A DNA stretch of 64,000 bases. It comes from an uncultured bacterium (GTDB lineage: Bacteria > Verrucomicrobiota > Verrucomicrobiia > Limisphaerales > UBA8199). Under the pieces are notes generated by a model. It saw only the letters and a list, made by a program, of their open reading frames with translations, was not told the DNA's origin and searched no databases. This document shows, piece by piece, positions 42,061 to 50,442 of the stretch; the stretch's first letter is position 1; every line of letters begins with the position of its first letter. The stretch is taken from assembly GCA_963749495.1 (NCBI GenBank), contig CAVVMW010000024.1:96001-160000 (forward strand), given 5' to 3'. The position numbers and the translations under genes were made by a program.

Positions 42061-42157
42061 GAATGACGAATGACGAATGACGAATGACGAATGGGAGAAC
42101 GGGTGGATCCATGTGCAGTTTCGTCATTCGTCATTCGTCATTCGTCATTCGTCATTC
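42061..42157. repeat. Inverted pair of (GAATGAC)n heptamer arrays
   Basis: Direct reading. Same motif at 14794-14837, 42521-42610, 55422-55456, 57977-58025 and 62883-63091. Confidence 0.95.
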
Positions 42158-42202
42158 CTTCCACCCGCAACTCCGCGTCGCACCCGGTGTTGAATCCGCA
42201 AT

Positions 42203-42469
42203 ATGAGAACACCACCTGCGCTCATGGCTTTTGTCCTGGGAGGCCTCGTGCTCGGGTGCTCTTCCACGAGCACGCAAACCTCACCAGCCGCCTGGAACAG
42301 TCTCAATAGCGGGATGACTCGCCAGGAGATAATCGGCGTGTTGGGTCAGCCCTCGGGCCGCACTGGTTCGGGTGAAGATACCTGGCGCAACGGGAAATGG
42401 GAATTGCGCGTGGGCTATGATCAGCGTGGGCAGGCGATCCGCATTGTGCGTCAACTGATGATGAAGTGA
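42203..42469 (+). CDS. Small lipoprotein (SmpA/BamE-like fold)
   Basis: Lipobox VLGC, then GMTRQEIIGVLGQP. Confidence 0.75.
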   Translation: MRTPPALMAFVLGGLVLGCSSTSTQTSPAAWNSLNSGMTRQEIIGVLGQPSGRTGSGEDTWRNGKWELRVGYDQRGQAIRIVRQLMMK

Positions 42470-42520
42470 GAGACCCGGACATTGCTAGCCGCTAAGCAGT
42501 AGCCTGTACCGCTGAACCAC

Positions 42521-42610
42521 GAATGACGAATGACGAATGACGAATGACGAAATTGCACACCGATCTGCCGGTTTTGCCATTCGTCATTCGTCATTCGCCA
42601 TTCGTCATTC
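42521..42610. repeat. Inverted pair of (GAATGAC)n arrays
   Basis: Direct reading. Confidence 0.93.
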
Positions 42611-42658
42611 GGGAAACTCCTGTCAATTGGATTAAAAAGGGGTGTAAGCTCGGCGGCA

Positions 42659-45193
42659 ATGAACTCCACGGAGATGGGATTTCGACGCTCCTCTTTGGCG
42701 GTGGCTGCACTCTGCGTCCTGTCCCTGACACCAGCCGTCCTGGCCGATACTTACTACGTTCGCGCCGGCGGCAGCGACACCGCGGATGGCGGGACGCCCC
42801 AGACTGCCTTCAGGACGGTGCTCCACGCCGCCGGGGCCATCAACCATGGCGACAGCCTGGTCATCGGTCCGGGCACGTTTCAGGGCTCCGCCCTGATGGC
42901 CGAGCGTTTCAGCGCCGATGGTGCCACAATGGCCATCACGGGCGACGAGAGCGGCCAACTCACCGGGGACCCGGCCGGGGCGGTCGTGCTCGTGGCCTCG
43001 AGGCCCGCCGAGGCGGCGCTCACCCTTTATCGGTTCCGCAACCTCAGCCTCAGCGGCCTGACCTTCCGCGGCCCGGGCCAGGGCCTTAAACTCGACAAAT
43101 GCATCGGCGTGACCGTGCAGCGATGCACTTTTGACGGGCTGGCCCGGGCGGTGCTCATCGGTGCATGCCAGGACACCAGGGTGCAGAGTTGCGTGCTGTC
43201 GCGCAACATCCTGGGCCTCTTCATCCAAGGCTCGGCCCGCACGCGCGTGGAGCATGTGACCCTGTCGGGCTCGACCTCGGCCGGCCTGCTCGCCCTGTCC
43301 TGTGGCGCCGGGGAGATCCGCAACTGCCTGCTGGCGGCCAACAATTCCAATCTGGTGCTCGATCCGCTCTCCGCCCAGAGTTGGACGAGCGACTACAACG
43401 TCCTCAGCGGCACGACCAGCCCCTGGGGGGACGTGCCCGCCGTGGCAAAGATCCACGAGTGGACCAGCGCCTCGGGCCAGGACCGCCACAGCGTCTGCGT
43501 CGTGCCGGCCTTTGCCGGCGCAGACCGGCACGACCTGCACATTTCTGACAACGTGACCTGGCCGGGCGGTCTGCCGGGCATGAACACCGCCGTCGCGAGC
43601 GGCCACGCCGTGCTGGATCGCGACGGCAAGGCCTTTCGCGTCCGCGGCGCAGCAACGTGCGCCGGCGCCTATGACTACCCCGACCCCAGGCCCGCCGCCG
43701 GCTGGGCAAAGTTGTCCGTAAATCTCGACGGCCGGGAGCCGCGCCAAAGCGCGGGCATTTACAGAGAGAACGGCGAACTCATCCGCACGCTCCTGGCCGA
43801 TGCCGCCGGTGTGACGGAACTCTACTGGGACGGCCTGGACGACAAAAACAACCCGGTCTTCGATTTTGAAAAAGCCGCCAGGTTCGGCCCGATGAAGGAC
43901 CCCTCGGCGCGAGGGATGAGTTGCATTCGCGCCCTGAGTGTCGCCCCCGGCGATGATGCCATTTATTACGGCGCTGTCACCAGGCTCTACAACAAAATGG
44001 TCCCCGCCTGGGGCGCCGACGGCACCGGCGTGGGCAAGTCCGCCGCCGACGGCACGCCCTTGTGGTTCGCGCTCTCCAGCGGCGGCAACTACATGTCCGT
44101 CAGCGCCATGAGCGACGGCCGGCACACCTTCGTGCTGGCGGGCAAGAGCTTCGGCGGGCAGATCGACCTGTTCGACGAGGACGGGCTGCGCCTGACCACC
44201 GGCAATTGGTCCTGGCCTTGCAACTACAGCATCGGGTTCGTGGACCTGCGCTACGGTGTGAACGCCTACCTCAGGCCCGACGGCAAGGTCGGGGCCTACG
44301 TGGAGGACGACTCCATCGGCCGCTTTGCCCGCTGCCGCATCGATGGGGCCGAGACGATCCGCAAGACCTGCACCCCGCTCGATTGGCGGCCCACGGGCGC
44401 CGCCGCGGGCGAGCCGCCTGACACGGACAGGGTCCGCGCCAAGGGCCTCGAGACCGTCCAGGTAATCCCCAAGGTCGCGGCGCTCAAACCCGACGGCGAC
44501 TGGCGTGCGTGGGAGAAGGCCGGCATCGCGCCCCAGATCATCGCCCTGCCAACCGTGAGTTTCCGGCACTGCACCTTGCCCGACGATCTCTGGCAGACCT
44601 TCAGCCTGGGCACCGCCATCGGCGCCCTGGCACACGACGGCAAGTGCCTTTACGCCTGCTTCCTGGTCTGCGACCAGCCCCAGCGATTCAACGCGGAGAC
44701 GCCGGCCACCATGTTCTCCACCGACAGCGTCGAGTTGTGGGTCGAGCAGGACCAGTTCGGCCTGGGCTTCATCCAGGACGGCTCCGCCCACCTGTTCAAG
44801 TACCGCTTCCATGATCGCCAGGGCAAGCAGTATGCCGCCAACTACCCGCTGGCCGACGAGAACGTTTGGGGCCGCAAACTGGACGACGTGTCCGCCCATC
44901 CTCTGGGCAGGCAGTTGGCTGAGATCACGGGCGTGCCGCTGCACGGGCGCAAGGGCTACGTGGTCATGGGCCGCATCCCCATGGAGGAGATCAAGCTCGT
45001 GGGCGGGGTGGCCGGGCGCGGCGGCACCGACATCCTCAACATGACCGGCCAGGGCGGTGAGGTCATCCGCATCGCAGTGGCCTTCAGCGGCAACGTCGCC
45101 TGGGGCCATTCGCAGGACTACAAAGTCGCCTGGCCCGCCGGCATGATGTTCAGCGACCCCACCCGCTCTTCGGCCTTCGTTCTGGGAGAATAA
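42659..45193 (+). CDS. Secreted beta-helix / FlgD-Ig / CBM9-like multidomain protein
   Basis: Signal peptide, TYYV...GSD..DG, SAGIY..GELIRTL..WDGLDD, DGDW..W...DSVELW. Confidence 0.8.
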   Translation: MNSTEMGFRRSSLAVAALCVLSLTPAVLADTYYVRAGGSDTADGGTPQTAFRTVLHAAGAINHGDSLVIGPGTFQGSALMAERFSADGATMAITGDESGQLTGDPAGAVVLVASRPAEAALTLYRFRNLSLSGLTFRGPGQGLKLDKCIGVTVQRCTFDGLARAVLIGACQDTRVQSCVLSRNILGLFIQGSARTRVEHVTLSGSTSAGLLALSCGAGEIRNCLLAANNSNLVLDPLSAQSWTSDYNVLSGTTSPWGDVPAVAKIHEWTSASGQDRHSVCVVPAFAGADRHDLHISDNVTWPGGLPGMNTAVASGHAVLDRDGKAFRVRGAATCAGAYDYPDPRPAAGWAKLSVNLDGREPRQSAGIYRENGELIRTLLADAAGVTELYWDGLDDKNNPVFDFEKAARFGPMKDPSARGMSCIRALSVAPGDDAIYYGAVTRLYNKMVPAWGADGTGVGKSAADGTPLWFALSSGGNYMSVSAMSDGRHTFVLAGKSFGGQIDLFDEDGLRLTTGNWSWPCNYSIGFVDLRYGVNAYLRPDGKVGAYVEDDSIGRFARCRIDGAETIRKTCTPLDWRPTGAAAGEPPDTDRVRAKGLETVQVIPKVAALKPDGDWRAWEKAGIAPQIIALPTVSFRHCTLPDDLWQTFSLGTAIGALAHDGKCLYACFLVCDQPQRFNAETPATMFSTDSVELWVEQDQFGLGFIQDGSAHLFKYRFHDRQGKQYAANYPLADENVWGRKLDDVSAHPLGRQLAEITGVPLHGRKGYVVMGRIPMEEIKLVGGVAGRGGTDILNMTGQGGEVIRIAVAFSGNVAWGHSQDYKVAWPAGMMFSDPTRSSAFVLGE

Positions 45194-45228
45194 AGGTTCG
45201 TGTGAACAGCCTGTGAACAAGTTCCCCT

Positions 45229-45262
45229 TGGAATCATTTGGGGGGTGGTGGTATAAACTAGG
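45229..45262 (+). promoter_or_regulatory. Candidate MraZ-binding boxes and promoter
   Basis: TGG at 45229, 45239 and 45249 (10-bp period), next to TATAAA, upstream of the mraZ-like gene. Confidence 0.5.
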
Positions 45263-45297
45263 TCAAATTAGTTGTTTCTGGATAATTCTGGAGACCC

Positions 45298-45783
45298 ATG
45301 GCGAACCCCAAGCCAAAACTCCCGGCCCTTCCGGCCAGCCCGGTCATCAAGTACCTGGGCGCCCACCCACGCGGCTTGGACCACGGCAGAATCATCATTC
45401 CCCCGGAGTGGCGCCTGGCGGGCTGGCCAAAGAAGTTCATGGTGATGGAGTGGCCCCTGATGAAGCCGGAGTGTTTGCTGGTCCTCTCCCCGGCCCTTTG
45501 GCAGGCCTACCACGACAAGGTGGCAGCGCTCGCCGTGACTGCGGATATGGACGGGGAAATCAAGCGGCGCATCGGTCTGCGGACTTACCCTCGGGCCCTG
45601 GATAGTTATGGCCGTCTGCCCTTGCCTGAAAACGCTGCCGGGGACCTGGGCATCCAGAGTGATGTGACCCTTGTAGGGCGCGTAACCACCTTCGAGATCT
45701 GGGCGACGGACCGTTTCCAGGCCCGCGAGGCCGGCATGAATGTCGAGCCGATCGCGGCCATTCTCAACTCAGTAAAGGTATGA
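45298..45783 (+). CDS. mraZ: MraZ-like transcriptional regulator (divergent)
   Basis: Two AbrB-like repeats (LDHGRIIIPPEWR, LDSYGRLPLP) and LVG...FEIW. Confidence 0.8.
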   Translation: MANPKPKLPALPASPVIKYLGAHPRGLDHGRIIIPPEWRLAGWPKKFMVMEWPLMKPECLLVLSPALWQAYHDKVAALAVTADMDGEIKRRIGLRTYPRALDSYGRLPLPENAAGDLGIQSDVTLVGRVTTFEIWATDRFQAREAGMNVEPIAAILNSVKV

Positions 45784-46454
45784 AGCTGGGTTTCCTATTG
45801 AGCACCAACCATGAGATTGTCGGGCACCGTGCCGGCTCGAATCCATTTCATCTTATCGAGGCCGACCGCCTTCCGTTTCTGCTGAGGGTCAGGCCGGCGA
45901 GGCTGGGCCCGGTTGCGCCGGCCTTGGGGCCCGGCCCGCCTGCAACGGGCCGCCGCCGCGTGAGGCGGTTGGGCGCCAAGGCCGGGGGCTGGGTCACCAG
46001 GCTGATGATCGGGCTGGCCATCTGCACCGCCATCGGGTGCGGTTTTGGCGCGCAACACATCGCTTACACGAGGCAGAAGGCCCAATTGTGCCGGGTGCTT
46101 CGGCAGAGGGAATTGGAATTGCGCGAGGTTGCGCAGGCCCGTCGCGTCCTGGAGTGCTGCGTCGCAGTGCGCGCCGCCCAAAGCGTGGTGGCCATAGCCG
46201 GAGCATGTCCCGAAGGCTCCGATTCCGGACCTTTGTTGCAGGCTGTGCATGCGCCTTTGTCGAAAAATGGCCAATCCGACAAAGGTTGCGACAAAGGCTG
46301 CGACAAAGGTCCCCGGAGATTTTGGGGACAGGCTCCCGCGAGCTCCGCGGCAGGTCCCTCTGTGGCTCAGGCAGCGGCGGCCCGTCTGGGGCGCGCGCAA
46401 CTTCGGCCCATCGTGGCCAAGGCCCCGGCCCCAATGCCAGGAAGGCGCATTTGA
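45780..46454 (+). CDS. FtsL-like bitopic coiled-coil protein with an in-frame MITE insertion
   Basis: ATGA-coupled to mraZ. One TM followed by a Leu-heptad coiled coil. Lies between mraZ and ftsI. Confidence 0.55.
   Translation: MKLGFLLSTNHEIVGHRAGSNPFHLIEADRLPFLLRVRPARLGPVAPALGPGPPATGRRRVRRLGAKAGGWVTRLMIGLAICTAIGCGFGAQHIAYTRQKAQLCRVLRQRELELREVAQARRVLECCVAVRAAQSVVAIAGACPEGSDSGPLLQAVHAPLSKNGQSDKGCDKGCDKGPRRFWGQAPASSAAGPSVAQAAAARLGRAQLRPIVAKAPAPMPGRRI
46201..46335. repeat. Family F MITE (135 bp) inside the CDS
   Basis: GAGCATGTCCCGAA...TTTGGGGACAGGCTC with CGACAAAGG repeats. Confidence 0.85.
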
Positions 46455-46457
46455 AAC

Positions 46458-48311
46458 ATGTGGCGAGCAAATCAATATCGGCGCCTGGGAGGCGTCCTCT
46501 TGCTGGCTTGCCTGTGTTTTGCCGCGCTGGCGTATCGGTTGGTGGAGATCCAGGTCCTCCGGCACGAGGAATTGAGCCGCAAAGCGCGCCGCTACACTGA
46601 GGCCAGGCGGGCCATCGAGGCCTGGCGCGGCCAAATCCTGGACTGCAACCGCACCGTGCTGGCCATCTCCGTTCCGATCAAGCGAGTCTATATCGCTCCG
46701 GCCTTCTGTGCCAAACACGTCGAGGAAGCCGCCCGGGCCTGCGGTTCGTGGCTGGGGATAGCTCCCGAGGCGCTGGCCCGGCGCCTGCGCGCCTGCCTGC
46801 AAAGGCTGGGGCATTCCGGGCCGCCCAAGGCGCTGCTGCTCAAGAGCAGGGTCTCGATGTCCGAGTGGGAGAGGATAGCCCAGAGCCTGGAACGTGAGAC
46901 CTTCGGACTGTGCAAGCCGAAGATGACCGCCGCAGAGAAGGCGGAACTGAGCGCCATGCGCCGGAGACTGCTCTTCGCCAGGGACGGCCAGGAGCGCGTT
47001 TATCCGTTTGGCGAGTGCCTTTCCCACACTGTCGGTTTCGCCTCGGCCGGGTCCCATGGCTGTGGGCTTCTGGGCAGGTGCGGGGAGGAACGCGCCTTTA
47101 ACGCGGTGCTGGCCGGAGAGGATGGGTTGCTCGTCTCCGAACAGGACGCCGCCGGGAACGAACTGCCCTTGCGCCGCACCGTCGAGAAACCGCCCAGGGA
47201 TGGCGACAACGTCGTGCTCACGATTGACCTGCGGGTGCAGCACATCCTTGAGGAGGCCCTGGCCGCCGCGCTCGCCCAAACCGAAGCGCGCGGCGCCTCG
47301 GCTCTTATCCTGCGCGCGGCAACCTTCGAGGTCCTGGGAGCAGCCAGCCTGCCCAATTACGACCCGCAGCACCCGGGCGTCGCCCCCGGTGAGAGCTGGC
47401 GCAACCCGCTCTTCAGCGACATGGTCGAGCCTGGCTCGACACTGAAGCTCATCGCGCTGGCGGCGGCCTTGGACACCCGGACGCGGACATTGGAGAGCAC
47501 AATCAACTGCGAACAGGGATGCTTCATCGTCAATAAGGTGGTTGTCCACGACCACGCGCGATATGGCTGGTTGTCGCTGCGGCAGTGCTTTGCCAAGTCC
47601 TCGAACGTCGGCTTTGCCAAGGTTGCCCTGGAGCTTGGCCCCGAGCGGTTCTACTGCTATCTGACCAATTTCGGCTTTGGCCGGCGCACCGGCGTTGCCT
47701 GCATCGGTGAAGCGCCGGGCCGCATTGAGCCGCCAGGGACCTGGACCACCATGATGCTCACCCGGGCCGCCTTCGGACAGGGTCTGAGCGCCTCGCCGCT
47801 GCAAATGGCGGTTGCTTACGGTGTGATTGCAAACGGGGGGCGCCTGATGCGGCCGCTCTTGGTCAGCCGCATCGAGTCGCCCCAGGGCCGGGTCCTGCAG
47901 CGATTCCCGCCCCAGTTCATCCGCCAGGTCATCAGCCCCCAAACTGCCCGGGACGCAACGGACGCCCTCAAGACGGCAGTACTGCCGGGAGGGACCGGCG
48001 AGCAGGCGGCTCTGGACGGCTACACCATGGCGGTCAAGACCGGCACTGCCCAGAAATCCGATCAGCACGGCTATCTGCCCGGCTGCTATTACTCCTCCAT
48101 GATTGGGTTTTTCCCAGCCGATTCCCCGCAGGTGGTGATCTTCGTGGCCCTGGACCAGCCGCGCAATGGCTACTATGCGGGGTCGGTCGTGGGACCCGTG
48201 TTCCGTTCGATTGCGCAGCAGGTCGCCGCCTGCCTCGCCATCCCCCCCGACAAGCCGGCCCTCGCCCGGACGGGCGGCTCAACCAAGTGGACCGTGTCCC
48301 AAACACGCTGA
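46458..48311 (+). CDS. ftsI: Class B penicillin-binding protein (FtsI-like)
   Basis: N-terminal TM, RGQILD, LTID..VQ, EPGSTLK (SxxK), SSN (SxN), KTGTAQK. Confidence 0.92.
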   Translation: MWRANQYRRLGGVLLLACLCFAALAYRLVEIQVLRHEELSRKARRYTEARRAIEAWRGQILDCNRTVLAISVPIKRVYIAPAFCAKHVEEAARACGSWLGIAPEALARRLRACLQRLGHSGPPKALLLKSRVSMSEWERIAQSLERETFGLCKPKMTAAEKAELSAMRRRLLFARDGQERVYPFGECLSHTVGFASAGSHGCGLLGRCGEERAFNAVLAGEDGLLVSEQDAAGNELPLRRTVEKPPRDGDNVVLTIDLRVQHILEEALAAALAQTEARGASALILRAATFEVLGAASLPNYDPQHPGVAPGESWRNPLFSDMVEPGSTLKLIALAAALDTRTRTLESTINCEQGCFIVNKVVVHDHARYGWLSLRQCFAKSSNVGFAKVALELGPERFYCYLTNFGFGRRTGVACIGEAPGRIEPPGTWTTMMLTRAAFGQGLSASPLQMAVAYGVIANGGRLMRPLLVSRIESPQGRVLQRFPPQFIRQVISPQTARDATDALKTAVLPGGTGEQAALDGYTMAVKTGTAQKSDQHGYLPGCYYSSMIGFFPADSPQVVIFVALDQPRNGYYAGSVVGPVFRSIAQQVAACLAIPPDKPALARTGGSTKWTVSQTR

Positions 48312-48398
48312 CCCTCGACACCCGACAATGAAACGTGATGCGTGAAACGTGAAACGTGAAACGTGAAGCTACTCGGGTTCGTCCCTCGACACCGTCAT

Positions 48399-49481
48399 AT
48401 GAAAAAGCTCACCGCTATCCTGCTCCTCTCGGTCGGCATCCTGGTCGCTCTGGGACTGGTGATGCTGTTCAGTTCGACCACCAACGAACCGCGGTCATCC
48501 CGGGTGGGGCTCCAGCTCTGCTGGGCAGCGCTGGGCGGCATTCTGGTTCTGCTGCTCTCGTTCGTGGACTACAACCAGTTCACGAGATTTCACGTCGTCG
48601 AGGTGGTATTGGCCCTGTCGCTGCTCAGCTTGGTGGCGGTGTTGATTCCGGGGATCGGGGCCCTCAAGAACGGCGCCCGGCGCTGGTTGCCCTTGGGGCA
48701 GCCGTCTGAAGGCGCCAAGCTCGCCCTGGTGTTGTTCCAGGCGTCCTATGCCTCCAAATACCAGGCGAGGATGCGCGAACGAAACGTCGGTTTTGCCTTT
48801 CCGGGCTCGATGGCCGCGTTGGTCGCCCTGTTGATCTTCGCCGAGCCCGATTGGGGCACCGCGGGGTTGGTCACGGTGGTGGCCCTGGCCATGCTGGCCA
48901 TCGGCGGGGCGGATTTGGGTTACGTCATCTCGACGGCGGTCATTGGCGCGGGGTTGTTCCTGCTGCTGCTGCTCAGCGACCCGTTGCGGCTGGACCGAGT
49001 GCTGGCCTTCCTGGATCCTGAGGGATGCCGGGATGGGGCGGGCTGGCAAGGCTGGCAGTCCGTGCTCTCACTGGGCAGGGGAGGGTGGTTGGGCAGCGCC
49101 TTGGGCGAGGGGAGCCAGAAAAACGGCTTCGTCCCAGAGCAGCAGACCGATTTTGTGCTCTCGCTCATCGGCGAGGAATCGGGATTGGCCGGCACTCTGC
49201 TGGTGGTGCTGTTGTTCGTGACCATCCTCATTTGCGGCGCGTGCGTCGCCTGGCGGGTTGCGGACCCCTTTGGGAAGCATCTGGCCGCCGGCATCACCTT
49301 GCTGATCACGCTGCAGGCCATGATCAACATTGCCGTGGTCACCAGCAGCATCCCCAACAAAGGCATCGCCCTGCCCTTCGTCAGCTATGGCGGCTCCAGC
49401 CTGGTTTGCTCGCTCGCCGCCGTGGGGTTGCTCGCGAGCGTGGCAAGGTATGGATCGAGGTCTGAGACTTACTCGCCGTAG
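48399..49481 (+). CDS. ftsW: SEDS family protein (FtsW-like)
   Basis: GARRW, QPSE.AK, EPDWGT, PEQQTDF, GEE.G, KGIALPFVSYGGSS. Confidence 0.92.
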   Translation: MKKLTAILLLSVGILVALGLVMLFSSTTNEPRSSRVGLQLCWAALGGILVLLLSFVDYNQFTRFHVVEVVLALSLLSLVAVLIPGIGALKNGARRWLPLGQPSEGAKLALVLFQASYASKYQARMRERNVGFAFPGSMAALVALLIFAEPDWGTAGLVTVVALAMLAIGGADLGYVISTAVIGAGLFLLLLLSDPLRLDRVLAFLDPEGCRDGAGWQGWQSVLSLGRGGWLGSALGEGSQKNGFVPEQQTDFVLSLIGEESGLAGTLLVVLLFVTILICGACVAWRVADPFGKHLAAGITLLITLQAMINIAVVTSSIPNKGIALPFVSYGGSSLVCSLAAVGLLASVARYGSRSETYSP

Positions 49482-49678
49482 AAGCCGCGCGTCATGGCCG
49501 ACTTGAGCCGAACGATCTCGGCGGGGTCGGTAGATTCGGCAAGCCGGTCCGCCAATTCGCCCAACTCCTGGGCGGTGAGCTGGCGGCTGCGAGCCAACTC
49601 GAAGGCAAACTGGATGACTTGCGCCTGGTCGTTCGGCGCCAAGAGCTTAATCTCCTCAATGACTTTGGCCGCGGTCAT
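49469..49678 (-). CDS. Small hypothetical protein (antitoxin-like size and composition)
   Basis: 69-aa helical ORF starting MTAAKVIEEIKLL. Confidence 0.6.
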   Translation of the reverse strand: MTAAKVIEEIKLLAPNDQAQVIQFAFELARSRQLTAQELGELADRLAESTDPAEIVRLKSAMTRGFYGE

Positions 49679-49805
49679 GGGAGCACATTAGCCCGCTATA
49701 GCCCCGTCAACAAGCTTCGAACCTTCTGACCGGTTACGCGAAGGTTGCCACAAGGGTTGCGGCCAAGGTGTTCTTTTGCCAGGGTTTGGGGTCGGGCTTT
49801 ATGTA

Positions 49806-49970
49806 GAGCCTGTCCCCAAAACCCCGCAGGCGGGGGACCTTTGTCGCGGCCTTTGTCGGAACCTTTGTCGTATTGGCAGCTTTTCGACAAGGGTGCCGAC
49901 AAAGGCTGCGACAAAGGTCGCGACAAAGGCTGCGACAAAGATCGGCAATCGGAGGTTTTCGGAGAGGCTC
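49806..49970. repeat. Family F MITE, TA-flanked
   Basis: TA|GAGCCTGTCCCCAAAA...TTTTCGGAGAGGCTC|TA. Confidence 0.87.
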
Positions 49971-49987
49971 TAAGATCCGAAAATCTC

Positions 49988-50036
49988 TACAGATGTAAAG
50001 ATTCCGCTTGACAACATCTACATGTGTAGATATATC
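49988..50036 (+). promoter_or_regulatory. Promoter with two BlaI/MecI-type operators
   Basis: TACAGATGTA (49988-49997) and ATCTACATGTGTAGAT (50016-50031) flank TTGACA (50008-50013). Confidence 0.85.
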
Positions 50037-50049
50037 TGGGCCGTATCGT

Positions 50050-50442
50050 ATGAAAAAAGGCAAAATCGAACTGACCGAAGCCGAGTGGACCATCATCAAG
50101 GCCGTCTGGGCGGCGGAACCCTGCACCGCCCCGGCCATCCAGGACAAACTGCGCTCCGCAACCGATTGGACCTACTCGACCGTGCGCACCCTCATGGATC
50201 GCATGGTCGCCAAGGGCCTCTTGAGCGCCAAGAAGGCGCGCCATGTGACGCTCTTTCGCTCGGCGGTCACGCGCCAACAGGCGCAGCGCAGCGAGCTGCT
50301 TTACGCGCTCAAACACGCCTTCAACGGCGCGCTGACCCCGATGGTCCAGTGCCTGCTGGACACGGGCGACATCTCGGCACGGGACCTCGCCCAGTTGGAG
50401 GCCCTCATCAAGGCAAAGAAAGGAGCGCGGAGACTGCCATGA
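50050..50442 (+). CDS. BlaI/MecI/CopY family repressor
   Basis: LTEAEWTIIKAVW, WTYSTVRTLMDRMVAKG, FNG. Confidence 0.93.
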   Translation: MKKGKIELTEAEWTIIKAVWAAEPCTAPAIQDKLRSATDWTYSTVRTLMDRMVAKGLLSAKKARHVTLFRSAVTRQQAQRSELLYALKHAFNGALTPMVQCLLDTGDISARDLAQLEALIKAKKGARRLP

